This document shows positions 11,401 through 23,400 of a stretch of 64,000 bases of DNA, piece after piece (position 1 is the stretch's first letter; each line of letters begins with the position of its first letter). Source of the stretch: Ascidiella aspersa. Its lineage: Eukaryota. Made by a program: the position numbers and the translations under genes. The notes under the pieces are model-generated. The model saw only the letters and a list, made by a program, of their open reading frames with translations, was not told the origin of the DNA and did not search any database. The stretch is taken from contig OZ004608.1 of assembly GCA_963924565.1 (NCBI GenBank), positions 32,550,001 to 32,614,000 on the forward strand, read 5' to 3'.

Positions 11401-14400
11401 ATGAATGTACTTTCTGATACAGTAACACAACATGCAAATTTATTTTGTTAACACTTGGCGGTTAGCATTGCCAAAATAAAAGCTATTCTTTTCAAGAGTA
11501 TCAATTGAAAATATTTTGTTTTTTAGCATGAGAAAGCTTCAATTAAGGTGGATCGCCGTATAGCAGAAGAACGAATACAGAGCGGCAAGGAGTCGACAAC
11601 TGAGGTTGTGCAAGACAACAGAAAATCACATGTTGATAGGTTTGTGGTGCCTTCTGACTTAAAGCACAAATCACATGTTGATAGGTTTGTGGTGCCTTCT
11701 GACTTAAAGCACAAATCACATGTTGATAGGTTTGTGGTGCCTTCTGACTTAAAGCACAAAACATTAAAGGTTTTTACTTTTACGAAAAAGTTAATAAAAA
11801 AGGGTGTTACTATTATTTTGATCAGATTTCTAGGAAAAATGAATTTCACTTAGTATTTTTGCTGGCTAGTTTAGCTTTAAAGTGGCTAATACAGGGTGTT
11901 ACATATGCTTATTAGAAAAAAAAATATATAAATTGTGTTATTTATAATAAACAACCTGTTGAAATGTTTTTAAAGTAGTATAAAACTAAATTATTTAATT
12001 TTGCTACTAGTTATTTAGTAAAGTTGTCTTTTATTAGTTAAATTTTTCGTTTTCTTTCAGTTTATATGTGATGGTGAAAAACTTTGTTTGCCGAATCGGA
12101 GAAGACGCTGACGTATTTATGTCCTTGATGTATGACGGAAAAGAACTTGTTCCTATTAGGTAGGAAAAATTATGAGTTTCAAAATTGTGTAAAGCCTTAG
12201 GAATTTTGAGTCTAAAATGGCAATAAAGGTATGCCAAAAACACGTAGTGCAGAGCTAGCAATATGGCATTGCAGCTGAGTGATCAATTAACCCAACAGTC
12301 AAAGTTGACACTTCCGAGTTACTTCCCACAACAATTTCTTTAGCTGTGTATTTTGTTACAGTGTGGGCGACACTGATTGAAAAATGTGGGGATGCCCCTA
12401 CAAAACCGACTCTCTATAGTTTCACATTAATTAGAAGTGCCCAAATAGTAAAAATCATGAGGTTTATGACTTGAAATACTATTTGTCACCTTAAAAATAA
12501 TGTGGTTTGTTAATTATAGTTTCACATTAAAATTGTAGTTTTATGCAATGGGTTTATTTCTTATTTCTATATTTTATTTGACATCATTAAACTTTGTGGT
12601 AATACCACCTTCCATCTTTGTTATGAATTCAATCATCTACCATCTTTACTTTTTGTGGTAATTACTGTATTTCATGTAACACATTAACACTTGTTTACAG
12701 CGCCACTCCAATCCCAATTTGTCAGACTACCATTTGATTACAATATTCCACTTGAATAATTGTGTATTTTTTTGTTGCAGTGAGAATTACTTTGTATGTT
12801 GGGGAAGTCAAGGCCTGCCGAAAAACATTGACATGCTCAACAATCTTCGTGCAATATTTACGGTAAGCTTCGCAATGTTTTTTAATTTATTTTAACTTAT
12901 CCTCTGACCCATTCTCTATAAATGTGACTAGAGTAGAGATGAATCAATATTTCGATATTTCGCCCCTAACAATATATCGGTATCAGTAAATTTTGGCCGA
13001 TATTTGACTTCGAAAATAAGATATATTTTTCCTGAAAAAACACACAATTTTCTATTTCTTTGCCAACAGAAAATGTTTTGTTTAGCATCATGCCAAGTTA
13101 ACATGTAAAATAATATGGTTAGATTTGCTGGAATTGGTTCTAAGCTATATTTTTCCAGAATCCAGTTTTTTTTCGGCAAAAAATGGTTGCCGGAAGAGCA
13201 ATTTTACAATTGTTGAATGTTGCTTGATGAACTTAACTCACAGGTTTCATATAAATTAGGCATTTTTCACTTCAAGAGTTGTTTTAGCATCATGCCAAGT
13301 TAACATGTAAAATAATACTTTAATGAATATAGGTAGATAAACTGAAATGTTAGTTGGATTTAATTTTCAATTAATTCGTATTTTGTCCATATTTCGCTAT
13401 ATAAAAAATCGGTATCCGTACTATAGGGTATCGTTTGTCAAAAACGTCAAAACATTGGTTATCAGTATCGGTCCGAAAAAAGTGATATAGGTCACTCTGT
13501 AGACTAGAGTTTTGCTTATCTAAACATGCATTTCATCTTGGTTATATGTTCTAAATGGGAAGTTTAATGTTTCTGCCACTGTGCTTGTGCAAACCTTCAA
13601 ATCGTTTAACTTTGTTCAAACCGTAGGACCTTGGAAGCAAAGAGCTTCAGAGGGACAAGATCTACCTGGTGTGCAAGATTATTAGAATAGGTAAGATGTT
13701 GCTCAATCCGTCTTACATTAACAAAATATTCCATAGGTGATTAAAACTTTTGAGCATTATGGTCGGCGGGTGTAGTAAGAATATCAAAGCCCATACTGAA
13801 GTACGGTAGAATTTTAAGCGTTTCAAATATATCTTCATTCATTTTCAATTTGGTTAATAATGAATCAAGAGATCTATTTAAAACGTTCAAAGTTCCACCT
13901 TCTTTAGTATGGGCTTTGGCATTCTTTCTATGGGTTAAACTATGTTTTCAGTTTTACACTATTATTTTGTATACCCCCACCCCCCCAAAAAAATCGCTTA
14001 TACCACATTGTTTCGATTCAAAGGCCGAATGGATTTGAAGGAGCCAGAAAAGAAAAAGAAGGACACTGCTGGATTACGTCGAGCTTTCGGGGCTGCGGTC
14101 ATGGATGTTACCTCCATATTGAAGGGGACAACAGAAAGTGACGATGAAAAGCAACATTTTATTCCATTTCTGCAGTATGTTTATGTTTCATTCGTGCTTT
14201 TTTCAGGGTTTTAATTCATTTTTTTCAACTGTGTATAGTGCTTCAAACGTATAAAGCATTCCCTTTTTAGAATCGCCTTAACTTAAGTACCCTTAAGTCA
14301 TTGTTTTCCATTTATGTCACTGTTCTTAAGCGTTTTTGGCAAAATGACTTGACTTGACTTAGACTTAAGTGCCTAACACAAAATTAGACGTATGTTAAGG

Positions 14401-17400
14401 TGTTTTAATTAAATACTTTTTCTTAAACTTGGCGTTTTTAAATTTTAACCCAATTATTAAATTAAATAAATGTAAGCTTGTTATTTGTTTCGTTTTTTAT
14501 GTTTGCTGTGCGAAATATCGCTCAGAATGGCACGTGTTTACCATATTTAGACGTTTAACATTTTTGATGCCTAAGCCGTTACTTGATTGACTACTTGCGT
14601 AACGAATGACTTGGACTAGGACTTGGCTTGCAATTTGTTTAAAATTACCGGACTTGGACTTTTCAATTCGCAAGTAGATTAACTGGGATTTGTGTTATTT
14701 CAAATTGACCTGCTACAACACTGCTTGTCTATAATTTAGTTTAACAATGCGTATTTATCTGAAGGGTGTCTGGTGAAAACGACAGTCTTCAGCAAATAAT
14801 TCAACGCTCGATCAGCGCCATCGCTAACCGAGGAGAAATAAACCACAAGGGACAAGGTAAGCATTGTAAAATCACTCGTTTCTCTCTAACACTGATCGCA
14901 AATCTAAAAGTAAACTACATTTTTATAAAGATTAGTGTTTCTCAATGTTTGGATCACGACCTAAAATTGGCTCGCCGAGTGCAGTAGTTCATATGTTTAG
15001 ATTTACTGGAATTGGTTCTAAGCTTTATTTTTCCAGAATCCATTTTTTTTTCGGCAAAAAATGTTTGCCGGAAGAGCAATTTTACAATTGTTGAATGTTG
15101 CTTGATGAACTTAACACACGGGTTTCATATATATTAGGTATTTTTTCGCTTCAAGAGTTGTGTTTGAAACATTTTTAGCTTCGTATTTCCTTGCTACAGG
15201 TTTTGGCTTTAAAGCAGTGGTTCCCAAACTGTGTGCCGCGAAACTGTTTTGTAATTTTGGAAAAGAGAGTATTTGTATTACCAATAGCCTAATAGGCATA
15301 TACGCAAGTGTTTTAGACTTATATTTGCACTATTCAATTAATATTTTGAGAAATTTACATAAAGTTTGTCGTGTGGTAAGGCGATTGTAAAATGACTCTA
15401 TTGTTGTTCTGTTAAAAGTGTGCCGCGAAATAGTTAAGATTTTTTTAGGGGCCGCGAGTCAAAAAAAGTTTGGGAACCACTGCTTTAAAGTGTTGATTAA
15501 AAAAAATTGTTAATTGAATTAAAAAGATTTAGTCCCACATGGTATTTAAAGCAAACAGGACAATGTGATGTGCTTGCTTTTATAATGGAACCTGTGTCAC
15601 GTTTTTGGCAACAAAAAAAATTGCCGTAACAGCATATTCATACCTACCTACCTTGCTGATTTTTGTTTGTGATTTTCCTTCGCTAAAACAACACTTACCC
15701 CGGTGTTTCCTTTCCAGGTCTCTGGGTCTCCCTCAAGATGCTCAACGGCGATCTAAAGTCTATCCGGAGGGACTTTCCCCATCTGGTCGACCGAACGACT
15801 GCCGTGGTCAGAAAAATGGGATTCCCGGAAATCATAATGCCCGGTGATGTGCGAAACGACCTCTACGTCACTATAGTGTCGGTAAGGAGATAACTTTTTT
15901 TAAACGAGTACTTCGTTTTTATTCGCTTTTTTGAATAATGAGGCTGGGGTCGACTATTATGGTAAAGAATTGCTCAGTTGCATTTGTCATGTTTTTAATA
16001 AATATATTTAGTGAGTTTTGTGGTCGACTCGTCTGTTCTAATTGATTGTCGAAATAGAAAAAAATCGAGCCGAAATGTAGTATTTTTAAACTTTGGCGTA
16101 AATAATACACTGGATGAATAAGCAATATTTTCTATACTTAAATTATTTCAAGGAAATTTTGGTTAGCAGATTTCGAGTAGTAGAGATTAACTTTTATTTA
16201 TTTAAAATTACACAAGACGTTTTACTCTAAACCTTTAATTGTTTTTGTGTAATTTCAGTTTAGCGTGGGTCTGATCAAATCTTGAAACTTGTTGTAAGTC
16301 ACATTTTAACTAAAAACCCTAATCGCACAATTAAGTAGTCTAAACAAATTTTTCTGACGATTTTGTATTTTATTTTTATTTTTATCTCTGTTGTTTAGGG
16401 TGAATTTGAAAAGGGAAGCAAGACCTCGCAGAAGAACGTTGAAGTCACGATGTCTGTGTGCGATAATGAAGGAAAAATTCTGCCGGTAAGTTTGTAATAT
16501 TGGCCCTAGTGTTTACGGCCTGTCTGTTTCATTTCGACGGCAAGCTCTAGGGCTGTGGGTTAGAAACCCGGCCTAACAGTATGACAGGACGCCAACGGAA
16601 AGTAATAAAAAAACGAGTGCATTTTAGAATCTAGGTCAAAAAGAAAAAAAGGGGTATACATGGCGATACAATTTACGAAAAAGTTTGAATTTAATGGCCT
16701 ACCTGTGGCCTCAGGATGTTTTTTTTTTTTTTGGCAAATTTCGGTAAAATCTTGCTAAGGACCGATACGCATGATTTAACCACGGCAAATACTGCAGTTG
16801 GAATCCAAACCAATTTATTTAACCACCCATTTTCAGGTCACGACCCTTAGTATTTTCGAAACCCTGTCGTTCGTGAGTATTTCACAAGTCTCCGAAACGT
16901 TGAATTACTCTCTTCCTTTGGCACAGTGCACAGTTGCATGTTAACTATTCGTTTGGTACTTTTTTTATCCAGATCGTGGTGAGCATGGGATCCGGCGAGG
17001 ACCCCGAAAGCCAATATCGCTCGCACATCTACTACCAGAACAAGACGCCTCGCTGGATGGAAGTTGTCAAGGTTCGTTTGCCACTTTATGTGTCGCTAAC
17101 TGTCGTTTTTTCTCAAACGAATCAAAATGAGAAATCTGAATTAACAGAAATAGAGTGACAGGAATGTTGAGTGGGTTACGCTGTGTTTTTGGATGAACGT
17201 TAAGCTTTTATGTATTGTGCTTAGAATCAATGATACCTTCTTGTAGATGGATAATTTTTTTCAAATAAATACAACCGTATTTCAAAGCCAAAGTGGTAAT
17301 TGCAAAATGTGGTATAACTAGTGCAGCTGTTGGGATGATCAGTGTAAAACTCCGTGTTTTAAGATGCGACTTTTACCCTTCAAATTTGTCACAACTTGTT

Positions 17401-20400
17401 TCAAGGTTCCACTCTGTTATAACTATATTGCTTTAGGGCAGTGTTTCTTAACTTTTTTCGCGGCAAACGGAATATTAGGCGTAAAACTAACAGCCAAGCT
17501 TCTGGCTAATTATATTTACTAAACCTATAAAGAAAAAAACTAAAACAAATGACAGAAAGAATATCACTGCTGTATGGTCTTTAGCCAACAGCTCAACATA
17601 CACTACTTTATAGTTAGGGCACAAAATATTTCATATTAGTTATTGCAGAGTGTGCAATATTTGTCTCTTGCTCTCGCATAGGATTTCCTTATGGCGTGGG
17701 CGGATAGCGTGGTAAAACTATAATGATTTTGCCAAGCGCATTTTAAATGAAAAGTCAAATCGCAAAATCTGCGTTCTTTCAGTTGGAAGCTATGAATTGA
17801 CGGGCTCGCGGTTTTATGGTAATTCCTTACAAGAGTATTTAAATTGTGGGCAATTGATTACCCCCTAAAGAGTATTTTAAATATGAAACTATACGGGATA
17901 ACCACACTAGCATAAACGCTTGTTATTACACCATGCTTGTGTTGTTTTATCAAAAATTGCTACATTTGGAGTGATATAAATTTGTCCTTTTTGCCGAGGG
18001 CAATCATAAAACCTTTGCCCTGTGAAAAAGGCGCAATTAAGCTCTATTAACTTTTCCCGGGTGTAACAGTACTACACAGTTTGTAACAATACAAACCGCT
18101 ATAAAAAGACCTACTTAATAACAAATCTCCCTAATTACCCCACAAACCCCCATCTCAGGTGCACGTGCCCATCGAGGACTTCTACAACGCCCACCTGCGG
18201 TTCACTTTTCGCCACCGTAGCAGCAAAGAGCACCAGGACAAAGGAGAAAGGGACTTTGGTCTTTCATTCGTGCGTCTAATGCGTGAGGAGGGGACCACGC
18301 TTCATGACGGAATGCACAACCTCATCGTGTATAAGGTAAGGTGTTTTACAGAATGAAAGGAACACAAACGGTTGCTCAAAACCAGGGCTGCGGAATCGGT
18401 TAAAATAAACCCGAGTCCGACTCCGGCCAAATGTGCGATTTTAGCGAGTCCCGAGTCCGGTTGCTACTGTACAGTCTATATTTCACCCATGTACTCTAAA
18501 GTCTACATTTTACCCATTTGCATAAACAAGTTGGATTTTCGGCAATCCGCTTATAGAGGTGGCATATAATTCATCAACTCACAATACATGGTTGGAAAAT
18601 ATCCAGCATATGCTATTCCGCCTTTCCAATTTACAGTTTTAAAATTTGGTACTGCGTATTCGCACGTCGGACTGTGGTTGTTTTACATGGTCTTACTCGG
18701 GTACCGAGTTGACTCCGAAGCCCTTATCAAAATATAGTCTATCTATATATAGACTGTTGATACCAGGCATAATATTAAAAGGATAACTGCGCTGGTAATT
18801 ATTTTTGTTCTCCCAACCTTTCGACGACCCATACTGGTTGCCCTTTTTAGGACGAATGACGCCGATTCCACTATTTTTTCTAATAAATTGTCGCCCAATG
18901 TAACTACAGCTATACTATTAGATAACTAGTTGCGGACTTGCGTTAAAAATTGAAACATTTGGCGTCTTTGTTAATAGCTAAGCAGCCACCTAAGACGAAC
19001 CTTTAAAAAATGTACACGGTGAAGCAAAACTACGTCACTGGGCATAAACTTCGACTAAAATCTACCCGAATAGGTCTCGCAATAAAAACGAAAATAAGCA
19101 AAAACTTGCAATAAAAATCAGCAATACAAGGAAAGCATTCAATTAATTATACACACATATATGTGTTCAACAACTGTGATCTAGCCCTTCTGAAGCTGCT
19201 TTTTGACCAACGATTACGGCTTACGTATCATTAGTACACCAAAAAGCCATCTCTGTTAATATTTTGACAAAAAAGAAAGAAAAATAAAGTTTATGTTAAG
19301 GCTTCTGTGGTATCGAAAAAAATAGACTCTTGAATTACCAACTGTGCCTACTTACATCTATAATTACTTTACCTGGTCTAACATTATTTGGACACCAAAC
19401 CAACCAACTATCTTCATCGTAACATTACAATCTTGTAAAATGTCAATTATTGGTTCCATTGCCGGCGCTTTAAACAGTTTATCGATTTGGAAATGCCTGT
19501 ATGTGGGTGGAATATAAGCTATGGGTTGACATTGCACAGTAGCGTTGTTTGATGTGTAAACACGTCGGCATATTATATCAAGTGGCAAACAATACGACCC
19601 TACCAACATCCTATTCCTAAGTCTATATCAAGTGCAGTCTGTTATTTCTTTTTGACAAACTGAAAAGAAAACTAACTGTTGAGTTCTTAAACAAAACTAA
19701 CGACAAGAAAAGCTCATACAACCACTCACTATTATTTAGGCTCAACGTATTTTTTCAGACGAATAACTTTTTTGTTATTTTAAATACAGTATCGTGGAGG
19801 ACGCCAGCACTAAGCTATTATTTTGAAAATAGAGTGTCATATAAAAAAAAAACTAGTATATTATCTCGCCATGGTAATATTTTGTTCCACATTATTCCTT
19901 AACACGATCCGAAATAAATGTTAAAAAGGATCGTTCGAATAATTTGATTCTGAGAACCAATGATCTTAAGACTGTTTATTTATTAAAACAGATAAAACCT
20001 AAAATCATTTCTTAATTTTTTTCAGAAATATATATTTCGCCTATAAGGCATCGTCAGTTTCTTAATTCCCATGAATTCTGAGAACCACTGTTTCTCTTAT
20101 ATAATCACATTCTAACAACCTTTCAATCTCAAGGTCGAAAATCGTCGAATGGAGGCCAATGACGCACGAAAATATTTGACCTTGAACTCGACACGCGAGG
20201 AGCTGGACAACAGTCTGCACTCCAAGGGCAAGGGGGCCGCCTCACCCACCTCGGGATCCAGGGGGTTTAACCCAAGGGCTGAAGGCTTCACAATGAGCAA
20301 GGATTCATTTCAGATCTCAACCCTGGTCTGCTCCACCAAGCTCACGCAGAACGGTTGGTTGCCTTCATTTTAGTTTGGAAAGGCAAATTTGTGTTCTGCG

Positions 20401-23400
20401 GTTAAAATTACATGCTTCAAAAAACAACTTAAACCTGTATTTTTCACCACAGTGTTTACCACCAAGCTTACGCAGAACGGTTGTTGGAAATAGTTTTTGC
20501 TTTTTTTTGGTAAAATTTGATTTGGGAAGGCAAAAACATTATGGGTTTAAAACCTAGGGATGACCGATCAATTATATTGCACTACCGATGCCAGATGTTT
20601 AAAAGAATGTATATTTTTTATTTATATATTTTTTGTATATTTAAGGATGCCCGATCCATTTTATTGCGATACTAACACTCGATATTCTAAAATTATCGCG
20701 ATCCGTTACCAAATGGCGTCATTACTATTCGCAAACAAGCAAAATGGAATGACTAAAACCGTACAAAGGGTTTTTTTCAGATTGTTATGCTAGAATGTGC
20801 TTTAGGGCTATTAAATTTAGTTAACTCAAGTTAAACCTAGCATTTTTATAAGATTAAAGTATAGATATGCTGCGGTTGATTCATGGTTGAAATTTTTATA
20901 TTAGTTACATATCTTATTGGCACTTCTATCAGCCTAGTATTGGACAAGCAGCGATGCTTTTAGTTGCACTTCGCATCGGGTATTGAATCCAATCTAGGCT
21001 GTTCAGCAGCATGTTGAGGATTTTTGTAAAATCGCGAAGACGTTAAGACGTTGTCTGTTATTTTTTCGCTAAGGAAGCTAGGGAGTTCTTTTATTATAAA
21101 GTGCTTCAAAAATTTGTGATACATGATGATAATTCGTTTTTGATGAGAATGGAATTTTATACAACAAAGGCATAAAAATTACTAATTAATTAAACAAGCG
21201 CTAGTTTTTTCGACAAATATAACTACTGGCGTTCTCCATGTTTTAGTAGCAAAATGGCACTGATATTTTAAAAAGTAGCCAGATAAAAAGGAACCTGATT
21301 AACAGTGTGTAACTGTGCCTTAAAAAATGATTTAAACCGGCATTTTTCATTAACTTCACTAATCAAAATGAGACTGAGTATTACAAATATTTTAAACGTC
21401 TGTGTTGTGATATTTATTTGCAAAGAAAAATTAACATGCGTCTGGTGCGAGCCAGGGTTATAACATCATGAGCAAAGGTTTTAATTAAAAATCTGTAATA
21501 AAATGGTCCCTTAACCTGTATTTTCACCACAGTTGACCTCCTCGGGCTCCTGAAGTGGCGAGCCCAGCCCAACAAACTGAAGCGAACTCTTGAGTCGATC
21601 ATGAAAGTTGATGGCGAGGAAGTGGTCAAGGTAAATATCGGTCACTTTTCTATATGCTTAAATTTAGTAAGTTAGAGGTATTACGAAGTCAAACTTTGTC
21701 GGCCTTTCTTTTTAAACGGACCATGAAACTTAAAATTGTTTAAACTTGAAAAATGACAAATAATTATTAAAAACGCCGAAATAGTTCAATCAATTAAAAA
21801 AAAATTCTGCAGCTTTTTTATCTAGCTGTATGACGGTTTGTTTTGCCAATGCCTAATTTGCTAACTTTTCATTTCTGCTGTTCAAGCATAGTTTCCCAAA
21901 GAGAGAAACATCACCACTCTCCTTAAAGTCCGTTAATTTCTCAGCATTTCAGCCCCCTTCCTTCATTTCTGACTTTAGTTTCTCCAAGACACGCTGGACG
22001 CTCTGTTCAACATCATGATGGAAAACCCGGAGAACGGAAGCTTCGACGCAATGGTTTTTGACGCACTGGTAAGTACTTCATTATTGAACGTGTTCACCAT
22101 ACATGGTTGCCACAAACTTTTTGAATATTCAAAGGTTTTGGAATTATTTTCACACTGAAAAGTGTTGGAAAAACCCTATGTTTTTTTTTAAATCTTAGAA
22201 TGGTCGTTGAATTTATATTATGTCCACTGTCCAGCTTAAGTTATATGTTTTAAAAGTGCCGTCATAAAAACAAGTGAAAATGTTTTTTAATTGTTGTGAC
22301 CGTGACATTTAAACTGTTTTGTTTTAGAATTATAAATTTATGACAAACTGTTGCTTAGATCTACATCATCACGCTCATAGCTGAGAAGAAGTTCTTTCAT
22401 TTCCACGATGTACTGGACAGCTACATTCTGGAGCACTTTAGCGCAACACTAGCATACGAGTAAGTCGTCAAACTTCACTATTTATGTTGAACAGGTAATT
22501 TTGAAATTAATTAAATCTAAGTTTTTATTTGGCTGTATGTAATCTTTCGGTTCGCTTGGTGTCTACTGCCCCAAAGAATATAGCCGAATAGTAAGTCCAA
22601 ACGCAGGCGGTGATGATAAGTCAGAACTCAGAAGTACCGTTTTTTGATTAAATTTAAGTAAGTTTTCTTTAAAACGCATTTATGGAGCCTCAATTAAATC
22701 TTTCCGAAATGAATTGATGGAAAAACAAATAAAAGAGGTTGTAGCGTAATAAAAAGAGTGCAAGAGCTTCTGGGTGACTACTGTCCACTTGAGTTTAAAA
22801 CAGTCCTTTGATTTAACACTAACAAACGGTAAGTTGCAATGCTTTTAATCCGGGCGGGTTTCGGGTATTATTTTTTTTTTACCAAGTAACTTGTCTTCAA
22901 ACAAACATCTTCCATAATACAAGGCAATAACTAAAAAAGGGTCCGGCTTAAGATATGAAGTACACGTAACACTAGTCGAGTACGTTTGCAAATGTCCAAT
23001 ATAAAAACATCTAAAATTTTAAAAACGATTTCTTTGTTTTCCAGGGTTATATGTTGTTTAGTGTGCAGTGTGTATACGGACATTAAGCAATAACCTACTG
23101 CACCCCGTACCACCTACTATTGTTTAGCTTTATGACTCAATCCTTTTCGACACCTTTTAGGACTCGTGCTGACGTCAGCACTTCTCGATTCGCTTCTGTG
23201 ACCAAACAAAGCCCATTATTTAACCGACACGGCTGCAAGGTTGCAAAACTACTAGTTACGCCGTCGCGCACTGAGTTCCACCTTTCCACACTAAAGCAAC
23301 ACGGCCGCTTTAAAATAACTTGACAACTATATGCACTGCAAAAACTGTCAGTATTATATTTGTACGCTGTCCGTCTGCAGCTATATTTTTCGAGAAATAA

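Noticed and set aside
16500-16590. tRNA gene or tRNA-derived SINE head (A-box-like tggccctagtg, B-box-like ggttagaaaccc)
   Set aside because: No cloverleaf, degenerate boxes, and no clear second copy in the window.
19364-19650. Minus-strand exon-like 81-aa ORF ending at CAG|GTAAAG in DOCK intron 16
   Set aside because: No recognisable homology, stops upstream in the frames checked, and no partner exons found. It may be a decayed TE or captured fragment.
22804-22834. Micro-exon before a good donor (aacg|gtaagt) in DOCK intron 20
   Set aside because: Weak acceptor, and an in-frame stop in the required phase.
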